This document shows positions 1 to 9,011 of a stretch of DNA of 64,000 bases, piece by piece. Every line of letters begins with the position of its first letter. Position 1 is the stretch's first letter. Under the pieces are notes generated by a model. The model made no database searches and was not told the DNA's origin. It saw only the letters and a list, made by a program, of their open reading frames with translations. The position numbers and the translations under genes were made by a program. Source of the DNA: Oscillospiraceae bacterium (GTDB lineage Bacteria; Bacillota; Clostridia; Oscillospirales; CAG-272); NCBI GenBank assembly GCA_015063695.1, contig SVTQ01000004.1, positions 3,784-67,783 on the forward strand. The letters run 5' to 3'.

Positions 1-248
1 GCCGAGAAACAAAATTCTCTCTTTCTTCGGAAAGCGCGTTTTCGAAATTTACATTCTGCAAAGACTTCCCATGCTTTTGCTTGACCGATTTGTACCAAGC
101 CTTCATCCCCTGCTTTTCGCGGCAATATCTTTCGCCGCTACGGTAATTCTTGCCGTACTTTACGGAAAATTTTTCGTTCCCGAAAAGCTTATAATAAAAA
201 CGAATAAAAAATAAGAATAAAAATAAAATAATTCCAAGGAGTTACAGT

Positions 249-623
249 ATGAAAATTGCACTTATCGCACACGATAAAAAGAAAAATGAAATAATCGAGC
301 TCGCAAAGGAGCACAAGGATTTCCTTGCAAACCACGAGCTTTTCGCAACGGGAACCACGGGCACGCTCATTATGGGCGAAACGGGCCTTACCATCACAAG
401 AATGAAGAGCGGCCCTCTCGGCGGCGACCAACAGATAGGCTCTATGATAGCAGACGGTCTTCTTGACCTTGTTATATTCCTCCGCGATCCCCTCACCTCA
501 CAGCCCCACGAGCCCGACGTTTCCGCTCTGCTCAGACTTTGCGACGTTCAGTCCATTCCTCTTGCGACCAACACCAAGAGCGCGGAAATTATGTTCGCCG
601 CCTTTGAAAACGGCGCAATATGA
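249..623 (+). CDS. mgsA: methylglyoxal synthase
   Basis: 124-aa [16 protein letters not shown]-terminus plus ATGTTG and [10 protein letters not shown] motifs are typical of MGS-fold methylglyoxal synthase. AAGGAG RBS lies 7 nt upstream. Confidence 0.9.
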   Translation: MKIALIAHDKKKNEIIELAKEHKDFLANHELFATGTTGTLIMGETGLTITRMKSGPLGGDQQIGSMIADGLLDLVIFLRDPLTSQPHEPDVSALLRLCDVQSIPLATNTKSAEIMFAAFENGAI

Positions 624-733
624 CCGTTTTAAGAAAATTTTAAGCAAAAACGCGAAAAAGTAAAAACTCTCGTGTTAATAAAGCAAAACATAGCAGGTAC
701 CACCTGCCCCCATCTAAGAAAAGGAGAAAAAAT

Positions 734-1684
734 ATGGGACCCTTTGTTATTATTTTTTTAGCTATCGTATTGGTGATCATTTTCTGCAACGTTGTTATCG
801 TTCCCCAGGCTAATGAATACGTTATTGAGCTTCTCGGTAAGTATCACACCACCTGGAGTGCAGGTCTTCACGTTAAAATTCCCCTTATCGAGAGAATTTC
901 CAAGAAGATCACTCTTAAGGAACAGGTTCTTGACTCACCTCCCCAGCCCGTTATCACAAAGGATAACGTTACAATGCAGATAGACACAGTCGTTTATTTC
1001 CGTGTCTATGACTCAAAGCTCTATACCTACGGTGCAGTTAACCCCATCGGCGCCCTTGAAAACCTCACTGCTACGACTCTTCGTAACCTCGTCGGTGAGC
1101 TTGAGCTTGACGGAACTCTCACATCCCGCGATACCATCAACGAAAAAATGACGGCAATCCTTGATGAAGCTACCGACCAATGGGGTATCAAGGTCTCCCG
1201 AGTTGAGCTGAAAAATATTATTCCTCCTCAGGAAATTCAGAACGCCATGGAAAAACAGATGAAGGCTGAACGTGACAGACGTGAAACTCTGCTCCAGGCA
1301 GAAGGTCACAAGGCGGCGGCTATCACAAGAGCAGAAGGTGACAAGCAGGCTATGATCCTCTCCGCAGAAGGTGAACGCGACGCACGTATCGCAAGAGCGG
1401 AAGGTGAAGCTAAGGCTGTTTTCCTTGCTAAGCAGGCTGAAGCTCAGGGTATTGAACTTCTTAAGGCGGCAGGCGCTGACCCCGCTGTTCTTGAGCTCAA
1501 GCGTTATGAAGCGCTTATCAAGCTGGCAGACGGCAGAGCCGCTAAGATCGTTGTTCCTACAGACGTTGTAAACGCTATCTCCCGCGACGTTCTCTTCAGT
1601 GAAGCTTCAGGTCTCGGCGACACAACCGCCCCCGACAACACACCCACCCCCAAAACAGTAAAACCCGACCCTTGCTGCGATTAA
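734..1684 (+). CDS. SPFH/band-7 (stomatin/prohibitin-like) membrane protein
   Basis: 316 aa. N-terminal TM helix (GPFVIIFLAIVLVIIFCNVVIV), band-7 core, then an A/E/K-rich coiled-coil tail (AEGEAKAVFLAKQAEAQG). AGGAG RBS present. Confidence 0.85.
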   Translation: MGPFVIIFLAIVLVIIFCNVVIVPQANEYVIELLGKYHTTWSAGLHVKIPLIERISKKITLKEQVLDSPPQPVITKDNVTMQIDTVVYFRVYDSKLYTYGAVNPIGALENLTATTLRNLVGELELDGTLTSRDTINEKMTAILDEATDQWGIKVSRVELKNIIPPQEIQNAMEKQMKAERDRRETLLQAEGHKAAAITRAEGDKQAMILSAEGERDARIARAEGEAKAVFLAKQAEAQGIELLKAAGADPAVLELKRYEALIKLADGRAAKIVVPTDVVNAISRDVLFSEASGLGDTTAPDNTPTPKTVKPDPCCD

Positions 1685-1708
1685 AGCTTGATTTGCGTAA
1701 GGGAGAAT

Positions 1709-1755
1709 GTGGGGGCTTTTCGAGAAAAGCCCCCACACCCCCAAAAGCTTTTGAA
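1709..1755 (+). terminator. intrinsic terminator; member of the dispersed dual-hairpin repeat family
   Basis: GTGGGGGCTTTTcgagAAAAGCCCCCAC hairpin followed by ACCCCCAAAAGCTTTTGAA, directly after the SPFH stop codon. Confidence 0.6.
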
Positions 1756-1950
1756 CGTTTTTTAAAACCTTTCTTGATATAACTAAAGTAACGGCACTAT
1801 GTGTTTTGCAGATAATCTGTGCTTACATAGTGCCGTTCTGTTTATTTCAAAATTTAAATAGGCTCCTGCTGTACGATAAGCCATAATTTCACAAACGTCG
1901 AGCCGTAAAGTGAACTATATGTTTTAAAAGCTGCCACACACCCGGCTCAA

Positions 1951-1991
1951 GAATTTGAGGGGGGCGTGGGGGAACTTTTTAAAGGTCCCCC
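1951..1991 (-). terminator. intrinsic terminator; member of the same repeat family (minus orientation)
   Basis: On the minus strand, GGGGGACCTTTAAAAAGTTCCCCC hairpin then ACGCCCCCCTCAAATTC, directly downstream of the 1998..2198 ORF. Confidence 0.55.
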
Positions 1992-1997
1992 GCATTA

Positions 1998-2198
1998 TTA
2001 TTCAAATCTACCTTCCGCAATTGAGTCGATAATGCGGTCGGTCTCGGCCTTGGTGGCAGATGCGGCGGCGAGGGCCTCGGCGCGGCTTTTCTGTTCGGGT
2101 GACAGCTTTGCGTACTCACTGAGGGCATCACATCTTACTTCAAGCTTCATCACAAGCTCCAGGGGCATACCTGCCATGGGGTTTTTCTCATTTTTCAT
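1998..2198 (-). CDS. small hypothetical protein (66 aa)
   Basis: Stand-alone ORF with its own downstream hairpin and an upstream AT-rich promoter region. I recognise no family. Confidence 0.4.
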   Translation of the reverse strand: MKNEKNPMAGMPLELVMKLEVRCDALSEYAKLSPEQKSRAEALAAASATKAETDRIIDSIAEGRFE

Positions 2199-2419
2199 AA
2201 GCTTTTTCCTCTCTCGGTTCTTTGTATATTTAGTTTCTGTAAGGAGCGGTCAAGGTATTCATGGGAAATTGAGGCAAGAGAAGGAATAAGCAATGCGGAA
2301 AATAAATATCTTTACTTTTGAGAATATTTGTAGTATACTTTATGTTGAGATATTATGGTATACAGTATACTTATATACCGACAACATAAAATAACAAAGA
2401 CACACCGAGGAAAAAAGAA

Positions 2420-3673
2420 ATGATAATTTCGGAAAAACTCCGTAGAATGGGCGCTGAAGCGGAAGAAGCTTTGGCGGATATATTCAAGAAAATAGACGAA
2501 ATTGCGACACACAACACCGAAAAGGTGCTTGACGTATTCAGAGAAGAAAGAGTTTCCGAGTCCATGTTTGCCGCATCAACGGGCTACGGCTACGGCGACA
2601 TGGGCAGAGATGCCATTGACAAAATTGCAACACGTATTTTCGGCGCGGAGGCAGGCTTTATGCGCCCCTCCATTCTCTGCGGAACACACGCGCTGACAGT
2701 AGGTCTTTTCGGACTTCTCCGCCCCGGTGACACAATGCTCTCCCTAACCGCCTCCCCCTACGACACACTTCGCGAGGTCATAGGCCTTGAAGGCGAAGCG
2801 GGAAACGGCTCCCTTGCCGACTACGGTGTCAGCTATGCAGAGGTTGAGCTCCTTGACGGCGGCATCGACTACGAAGAGGTTGCAAAGGCAGTAGAAAAGT
2901 ACAAGGACACTCTGAAGGTCGCATTTATTCAGCGTTCCAAGGGTTATCTTAACAGAAAAACGCTGACTGTTGCCGAGATAGAAAAAGCGGCAACAGTTGT
3001 TAAAGAAATTGCAGGCGACAAGGTTTTCGTTGTCGTTGACAACTGCTACGGCGAGTTCACCGAAGAAAGAGAACCCGTTGGCGGCGGAGTTGACATGATA
3101 ATCGGCTCCCTTATCAAAAACCCCGGCGGCGGTATGGCTGACGTCGGCGGATATATTGCAGGAACCGCTCGTGCCGTTGAGCTTGCAGGCTACAGACTCA
3201 CCTGCCCCGGCGTTGGCATTGAAATGGGCGCATCCCTCGGTCAGAACAGAAACATGCTCAAGGGCCTCTTCTATGCTCCCCACACCGTTGCGGAAGCACT
3301 GAAGACCGCTCACTTCGCAGCATACGTCTTCGAAAAGCTGGGCTACACCGTTTCCCCCGGAGCATATGAGATGAGAAGCGACATTATTCAGACTATTCAG
3401 CTTGGCAGTGCAGAAGGACTTGTAAGCTTCTGCCAAGGTATTCAGAGCGCATCCCCCATCGACGCATTCGTTTCCCCCGAGGCATGGGATATGCCCGGCT
3501 ATAACGACCCTGTTGTTATGGCGGCAGGCGCATTCGTCGGCGGAGCATCAATTGAGCTTTCCGCAGACGGCCCCGTCCGTCCTCCCTACACAGCGTTCCT
3601 TCAGGGAGGTCTCACCTTCCAGTCAGGCAAACTGGGAATTCTTGCGGCGGCTGAAAAGTGCATAAACTGTTAA
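2420..3673 (+). CDS. YnbB / aluminium-resistance family PLP-dependent enzyme (Met-gamma-lyase-like fold)
   Basis: 417 aa. The N-terminal pattern (HNTEKVLDVFREERVSESMF..STGYGYGDMGRD) is characteristic of this family. GAGGAAAAAAG RBS present. Confidence 0.75.
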   Translation: MIISEKLRRMGAEAEEALADIFKKIDEIATHNTEKVLDVFREERVSESMFAASTGYGYGDMGRDAIDKIATRIFGAEAGFMRPSILCGTHALTVGLFGLLRPGDTMLSLTASPYDTLREVIGLEGEAGNGSLADYGVSYAEVELLDGGIDYEEVAKAVEKYKDTLKVAFIQRSKGYLNRKTLTVAEIEKAATVVKEIAGDKVFVVVDNCYGEFTEEREPVGGGVDMIIGSLIKNPGGGMADVGGYIAGTARAVELAGYRLTCPGVGIEMGASLGQNRNMLKGLFYAPHTVAEALKTAHFAAYVFEKLGYTVSPGAYEMRSDIIQTIQLGSAEGLVSFCQGIQSASPIDAFVSPEAWDMPGYNDPVVMAAGAFVGGASIELSADGPVRPPYTAFLQGGLTFQSGKLGILAAAEKCINC

Positions 3674-3721
3674 AAACAAAAAAGCTCTAAAATAAAATAT
3701 AAACAAACGAGGTTTGATAAT

Positions 3722-4681
3722 ATGAAGATTACCGTTATCGGCTGCGGCCGTTGGGGTTCCTATATAGCGTATTATCTTGACAGCATAGGACACGACATAA
3801 CTATTTACGGTCTGAAAGATGCTCCCGAAATGAAAAGATTTCTCGCCGAGAGAAAAAACGATCTTCTAACCCTTTCCGACACCACGAAGCTCTCCTGCGA
3901 CAAGGCTGTTATAAAGGAAGCGGAAACTATCGTTATCAGCATCGGCTCCCAGGGCCTCCGCTCCCTTATGGGTGAGCTCTCCGAGCTTGACCTTAAAAAC
4001 AAAAACTTTGTTCTCTGCATGAAGGGAATTGAAATTGCCACGGGCAAGCGCCTTTCCGAGGTCGTTCGCGAGAACACTGACCCCTCCAACAGAATTGCGG
4101 TCTGGCTCGGTCCCGGCCACGTTCAAGACTTTTATCGCGGTATTCCCAACTGTATGGTCATCGACAGCGACGACAGCGAACTTAAAGAAATGCTTGTTGA
4201 AAGCTTTTCCAGCAATCTTATCAGATTTTACTACGGAGAGGACCTTATCGGAAGCGAGATAGGCGGCGCCGCAAAGAACGTTCTCGGAATTGCCGCAGGT
4301 ATGCTTGACGGCGCGGGAATGACCTCCCTCAAGGGTGCTCTTATGTCCCGAGGTACAAGAGAGATTGCAAGGCTTATGGCGGCCATGGGCGGTGACGAGC
4401 ATTCGGCTTACGGCCTTTGCCTTCTCGGCGACTATGAAGCAACTCTCTTCTCAAAACACAGCCACAACAGAGCCTTCGGTGAGCTTTTTGCAAGGGGCGA
4501 AAAATTTGAAGCCCTTGCAGAAGGCTACTACACCGTAAAGGCACTGATGTATCTACAGGAAAAGTACGACACAGAGCTTCCCATATGCACCGCCGTTTAC
4601 AAAATTCTCTACGAAAATGCAGACATGATGAGCCAACTGTCCTCCCTCTTCAACAGACAGCTTAAAAGCGAAAGACAGTAA
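3722..4681 (+). CDS. gpsA: NAD(P)H-dependent glycerol-3-phosphate dehydrogenase-like protein
   Basis: 319 aa. Rossmann N-terminus MKITVIGCGRWGS, and GAAKNVLGIAAG in the C-terminal domain as in GpsA. It is shorter and more divergent than canonical GpsA, so it may be a paralog. Confidence 0.7.
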   Translation: MKITVIGCGRWGSYIAYYLDSIGHDITIYGLKDAPEMKRFLAERKNDLLTLSDTTKLSCDKAVIKEAETIVISIGSQGLRSLMGELSELDLKNKNFVLCMKGIEIATGKRLSEVVRENTDPSNRIAVWLGPGHVQDFYRGIPNCMVIDSDDSELKEMLVESFSSNLIRFYYGEDLIGSEIGGAAKNVLGIAAGMLDGAGMTSLKGALMSRGTREIARLMAAMGGDEHSAYGLCLLGDYEATLFSKHSHNRAFGELFARGEKFEALAEGYYTVKALMYLQEKYDTELPICTAVYKILYENADMMSQLSSLFNRQLKSERQ

Positions 4682-4701
4682 ATATTAAGGAAAGATAAGC
4701 A

Positions 4702-5895
4702 ATGAAAAAAGTAATACTTTGTAAATACGGCGAAATAGTTTTAAAGGGAGCCAACAAGTCCCGTTTTGAGTCAATGCTCCTTAAAGAGCTGCGCCGCCGC
4801 GCCGCAAGAGTCGGCGAGTTCAAGATCTATTATGCTCAAAGCACGGTTTACGTTGAGCCCATTGATCCCGATATGCCCGAGTCTGACTTCGAAGAAATGT
4901 ACACTCAGACAAAGAAGGTCTTCGGCTTTGCGGGCGTTACCGTTGCCGCTTGCGCGGAAAAGAACATGGAAGATATTCTCCGCGTAACCAAGGAATATAT
5001 TCCCGAAAAGCTGGCAGGGGTCAAGACCTTCCGCTGTGTTGCCAAGAGAAGCGACAAGAAGTTCTCTCTCTCTTCTCCCGAAATAGCGGCAGAGGCAGGC
5101 GGAGCAATTCTCTCAGTCATGCACAAGAACATTAAGGTCGATCTTCATAATCCCGAGGTCGAAGTGCGCGTTGAGGTAAGAGAAAAGGAAGCTTACATCC
5201 ACGCAGGTCAGGAAAAGGGCGCCGGCGGTAATCCTCTCGGAAGCGCAGGCCGCGGTCTTCTTCTCCTTTCGGGCGGTATCGACTCCCCCGTTGCAGGCTT
5301 TATGATGGCAAAGCGCGGTATGTACATCGATGCCCTCCATTTTGAAAGCTTCCCCTACACAAGCGAGCGCGCACGAGAAAAGGTGCTTCAGCTTGCGCGT
5401 GAGCTTACTGAGTATACGGGAAGAATACGCGTTCACGTTATTTCCCTTACACATATACAGGAAGTTCTCCGCGACAACTGCGACGAGGATTATTTCACAC
5501 TCCTTCTCCGCCGCTTTATGATGGAGCTTGCGGTCCGTCTTGCCAAGGAATACGAAATTCCCGCGATCATTACGGGAGAGAGCCTCGGTCAGGTTGCAAG
5601 TCAGACACTTCAGGCACTCTGCGTAACAGACGCAGTAGCGGATATTCCCGTTTTCCGCCCCTGCATCGGTATGGACAAGGATGAGATAGTCGCCATCTCC
5701 CGAAAGATAGGTACCTTTGAAACGTCCATTCTTCCCTACGAGGACTGCTGTACCGTATTTACTCCCCGTCATCCCAGAACCAAGCCCATGATCGAAAAGG
5801 TCGTAGCTCAGGAAGAAAAGATCGACCGCGCCGCTCTTCTCGAGGAAGCGTGGGATTCCCGTTATTCCGTTGTTATCCATCAGTTTGAAGACTAA
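4702..5895 (+). CDS. thiI: tRNA 4-thiouridine(8) synthase ThiI
   Basis: 397 aa. N-terminal ferredoxin-like/THUMP region (KYGEIVLKGANKSRFE) and PP-loop SGGIDSPVA. Confidence 0.9.
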   Translation: MKKVILCKYGEIVLKGANKSRFESMLLKELRRRAARVGEFKIYYAQSTVYVEPIDPDMPESDFEEMYTQTKKVFGFAGVTVAACAEKNMEDILRVTKEYIPEKLAGVKTFRCVAKRSDKKFSLSSPEIAAEAGGAILSVMHKNIKVDLHNPEVEVRVEVREKEAYIHAGQEKGAGGNPLGSAGRGLLLLSGGIDSPVAGFMMAKRGMYIDALHFESFPYTSERAREKVLQLARELTEYTGRIRVHVISLTHIQEVLRDNCDEDYFTLLLRRFMMELAVRLAKEYEIPAIITGESLGQVASQTLQALCVTDAVADIPVFRPCIGMDKDEIVAISRKIGTFETSILPYEDCCTVFTPRHPRTKPMIEKVVAQEEKIDRAALLEEAWDSRYSVVIHQFED

Positions 5896-5919
5896 AGTCA
5901 ACTAACGTCAGATTTATTT

Positions 5920-5965
5920 GGGGAACTTTTAAAAAAGTTCCCCAAACCCCTCAAAATTTTTAAAG
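5920..5965 (+). terminator. intrinsic terminator; member of the dual-hairpin repeat family
   Basis: GGGGAACTTTTAAAAAAGTTCCCC hairpin followed by AAACCCCTCAAAATTTTTAAAG, just after the thiI stop. Confidence 0.6.
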
Positions 5966-5972
5966 AAACAAG

Positions 5973-6011
5973 AAAACTCCTGAAGCAGAAATAACTGTTT
6001 CAGGAGTTTTT
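5973..6011. terminator. bidirectional hairpin terminator between thiI and argH
   Basis: AAAA-CTCCTGAAgcagaaataactgtTTCAGGAG-TTTT, i.e. a stem flanked by an A-run and a T-run. Confidence 0.6.
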
Positions 6012-6026
6012 ATTTAGTTTATGAAT

Positions 6027-7403
6027 TTATTCTCCGATAAAAGCTCTGAGGAACGCGATCTGTTCATTTACGCTTGCAAGTCCCGTTCCGCCCTTTGAAA
6101 TTCTCTTTTCAACACAGGTCTTAAGAGAGATCTCATTATAGAGGTCTTCTCTGAAGAGGTCGCTGTACCCGCGGTAGGTTTCAAGAGGAAGCTCTTCAAG
6201 CACCGTTTTTTCATCGATGCAGAGAGCAACGAGCTGACCTACCGTTTTATAAGCTGTTCTGAAGGGCATTCCCTTCTTTACAAGGTAATCTGCAAGGTCG
6301 GTGGCGTTAATAAATCCGTTCTGCGCCGCCCTTAGCATATTTTCCTTTATAACAGACATGGTTGCTATCATGGGACAGAAGACCTTGAGGCACATCTTAA
6401 CGGTTTCAACACTGTCAAAGATAGACTCCTTATCCTCCTGCATATCCTTATTATACGCAAGGGGCAGACCCTTGAGAACTGTAAGCATACCCATAAGATT
6501 TCCGTAGACTCTGCCCGTTTTGCCGCGGACAAGCTCTGCCATATCGGAATTTTTCTTCTGAGGCATGATGCTTGAGCCTGTCGTAAAGGAGTCGTCAAGC
6601 TCAACGAACTTGAACTCCCAGCTTGACCAAAGTATAATTTCCTCTGAAAAACGGGACAGGTGCATCATAAGAGTCGCAAATGCGCTCATAAGCTCAACGC
6701 AATAGTCTCTGTCGGAAACGCCGTCCATAGAGTTGAGCATTACGCCGTCAAAGCCCAGCGCCGCCGCGGTCATATCGCGGTCGGTATCGTAGGTAGTTCC
6801 TGCGAGAGCGCAGGAGCCGAGGGGACTCTCGTTCATTCTCGCAAGAGCATCGCGAAGTCTTGTAACGTCACGGCGAAGCATCATTCCGTATGCAAGGATA
6901 TGGTGAGCAAAGGTTATGGGCTGTGCTCTCTGAAGGTGAGTGTAACCCGGCATAATAGCATCGCGGTTTTCTTCAGCTTTATCGCAGATAACGTCAATAA
7001 GCTCCAAAAGAAGGGCGATTATCTCGTTTACCTCGTCTCTCATATAAAGACGAAGGTCAAGAGCTACCTGGTCATTACGGCTTCTTGCGGTATGGAGCAT
7101 TTTGCCTGCGTCGCCTATTCTTTCGGTGAGAACCTTTTCCACAAACATGTGAATATCCTCACATTCAAGGTCAACAGCAAGGGTGCCGCTTTCCATATCG
7201 GCAAGTATCTTTTCAAGGCCGTCAATGATTGTATCCGCAGCATCGGCAGGGATAATACCCTTTGCCTTAAGCATTGCGGCATGAGCCATTGAGCCCGTTA
7301 TATCCTGACGGTACATTTTTGAGTCAAAGCTTATTGATGAGTTAAAATCATTCGCGGTCTTATCAAGTTCCTTTTTGAACCTTCCCGCCCACATTTTTTC
7401 CAT
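6027..7403 (-). CDS. argH: argininosuccinate lyase
   Basis: 458 aa. MWAGRF start and the fumarate-lyase signature GSSIMPQKKN. Confidence 0.95.
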   Translation of the reverse strand: MEKMWAGRFKKELDKTANDFNSSISFDSKMYRQDITGSMAHAAMLKAKGIIPADAADTIIDGLEKILADMESGTLAVDLECEDIHMFVEKVLTERIGDAGKMLHTARSRNDQVALDLRLYMRDEVNEIIALLLELIDVICDKAEENRDAIMPGYTHLQRAQPITFAHHILAYGMMLRRDVTRLRDALARMNESPLGSCALAGTTYDTDRDMTAAALGFDGVMLNSMDGVSDRDYCVELMSAFATLMMHLSRFSEEIILWSSWEFKFVELDDSFTTGSSIMPQKKNSDMAELVRGKTGRVYGNLMGMLTVLKGLPLAYNKDMQEDKESIFDSVETVKMCLKVFCPMIATMSVIKENMLRAAQNGFINATDLADYLVKKGMPFRTAYKTVGQLVALCIDEKTVLEELPLETYRGYSDLFREDLYNEISLKTCVEKRISKGGTGLASVNEQIAFLRAFIGE

Positions 7404-7482
7404 TTTTCTTCTTCCTTTTTGGAATTTATAAAAACAGACGTGTCGGGCATTTCTGCCCGACAGTCTACTTAGTTATTATTTA

Positions 7483-8718
7483 TTACTTATTCTTTTCCTT
7501 ATTCTGCTTCATAACCTGAGCACGGACCTTGATGGGCAGACCCCAAAGATTGATAAATCCTGTTGCGTCTGTCTGGTCGTAAACGTGGTCTTCATTGAAG
7601 GTTGCGATCTCTTCAGAGTAGAGTGACCAATCACTCCATACGCCTGCTTTGATGATGTTGCCCTTATAAAGCTTAAGTCTTACCTTACCTGTAACTGTTT
7701 CCTGAGTCTTATCAACGAATGCAGAAAGAGCTTCACGCAGAGGTGTATACCACTGACCGTTATAAACAAGCTCTGCAAATGTTACGGAGAGCTCAAGCTT
7801 CTTGTGAGCTGTCATCTTATCAAGACAGATAGATTCAAGGTAGTTGTGAGCGAAGTAGAGGATCTCTCCGCCGGGTGTTTCGTATACGCCGCGGCACTTC
7901 ATGCCTACGAGACGGTTTTCTACGATATCGAGAAGGCCGATGCCGTTCTTACCGCCGACCTCATTGAGAGCGAGAACAATATCTTTTGCACTCATTTTTT
8001 CGCCATTGAAAGCTACGGGTTTACCCTGTTCAAAATCAAGTGTAATATATGTAGGTTCATCGGGTGCCTGAAGGGGAGAAACGCCCATTTCAAGAAATCC
8101 GGGATGCTCGTACATAGGCTCGTTGCCTGTATCCTCAAGGTCCAGTCCTTCATGGGAAAGATGCCAAAGGTTTTTGTCCTTGGAGTAGTTTGTTTCTCTT
8201 GTTATCTTGAGGGGAATGTTGTGAGCTTCCGCGTATTCGATCTCTTCGTCACGGCTCTTGATATCCCATTCACGCCAGGGAGCGATGATCGCCATGTCGG
8301 GAGCGAAGTGCTTGAGAGTAAGCTCGAAACGAACCTGGTCGTTACCCTTACCCGTACAGCCGTGGCAGATAGCGTCTGCTCCTTCTGCGATTGCTATTTC
8401 GGCAAGTCTTTTTGCGATCACGGGACGGGCAAAAGCTGTTCCGAGAAGATATTCTTCGTACTTTGCTCCCGCCTTAACGGAGGGGATGATGAAATCTTCA
8501 ACAAATTCGTCTGTAAGGTCTTCAATATAAAGCTTGGAAGCACCTGTCTTTATTGCCTTTTCTTCGAGACCTTCAAGCTCGTCAGCCTGACCTACGTTAC
8601 CGGAAACGGCAATTACTTCACAGTTATTATAGTTTTCCTTGAGCCACGGAATGATAATGGATGTATCAAGACCGCCGGAATATGCAAGAACTACTTTTTT
8701 GATGTTTTCTTTATTCAT
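7483..8718 (-). CDS. argG: argininosuccinate synthase
   Basis: 411 aa. [11 protein letters not shown]-loop near the N-terminus and a typical ArgG C-terminal half. Confidence 0.95.
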   Translation of the reverse strand: MNKENIKKVVLAYSGGLDTSIIIPWLKENYNNCEVIAVSGNVGQADELEGLEEKAIKTGASKLYIEDLTDEFVEDFIIPSVKAGAKYEEYLLGTAFARPVIAKRLAEIAIAEGADAICHGCTGKGNDQVRFELTLKHFAPDMAIIAPWREWDIKSRDEEIEYAEAHNIPLKITRETNYSKDKNLWHLSHEGLDLEDTGNEPMYEHPGFLEMGVSPLQAPDEPTYITLDFEQGKPVAFNGEKMSAKDIVLALNEVGGKNGIGLLDIVENRLVGMKCRGVYETPGGEILYFAHNYLESICLDKMTAHKKLELSVTFAELVYNGQWYTPLREALSAFVDKTQETVTGKVRLKLYKGNIIKAGVWSDWSLYSEEIATFNEDHVYDQTDATGFINLWGLPIKVRAQVMKQNKEKNK

Positions 8719-8772
8719 TATAAACGCCTCTTTCGTGAGTAATTATACATCGTTCTGTATCAGCTACGCATA

Positions 8773-8801
8773 ATTATACAACCAAAAAATAACTTTGTCA
8801 A
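8773..8801 (-). promoter_or_regulatory. sigma-A type promoter for argG
   Basis: The minus strand reads TTGACA, a 17-nt spacer, then TATAAT, about 55 nt upstream of the argG start. Confidence 0.5.
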
Positions 8802-8896
8802 TACGTATTTGCAATAAATATATACAAATAAAACGGGAGTTTTTCCGTTTGCTAATCCACCTCCTCCCAAAGACTGTATATTTGGCAAAAAGAAGA

Positions 8897-8910
8897 TGAA
8901 TAAATATTCA
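8897..8910. promoter_or_regulatory. ARG box (ArgR/AhrC operator-like palindrome)
   Basis: TGAATAAATATTCA matches the TGAAT-W4-ATTCA core. It sits in the argG/ktrB divergent intergenic region. Confidence 0.5.
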
Positions 8911-9011
8911 TTCTTCGCAAAAAGAGTGCATAAAACTTCCGAGCTATTGATAATAATGAGAAAATGTGGTAAAATAAATCCGTAATTAAAAAACTTAAAA
9001 GTGAGATTTTT

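Noticed and set aside
1-106. Possible 5' end of a minus-strand gene running off the left edge (MKAWYKSVKQKHGKSLQNV...)
   Set aside because: Only ~35 codons are visible, the RBS is weak, I recognise no motif, and the frame is also open further upstream without a clear start. This is too little evidence to call.
2744-3436. 230-aa minus-strand ORF, and similar long antisense ORFs inside thiI (5113..5901), argG (7804..8742), argH (6660..7292) and asnB (16029..16757, 17130..17822)
   Set aside because: Each is fully contained in, and antisense to, a gene with unambiguous family motifs. None has an RBS or recognisable domains.
8808-8825. Second ARG-box-like sequence TTGCAATAAATATATACA near the argG promoter
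   Set aside because: Only about half of the TGAAT-W4-ATTCA core positions match, which is too weak in an AT-rich region. I report only the strong box at 8897..8910.
8920-9011. Looked for a c-di-AMP (ydaO-type) riboswitch upstream of ktrB and a yybP-ykoY-type element upstream of the P-type ATPase (41096..41176)
   Set aside because: Neither leader shows the conserved cores I remember for these riboswitches, and both leaders are short and AT-rich.
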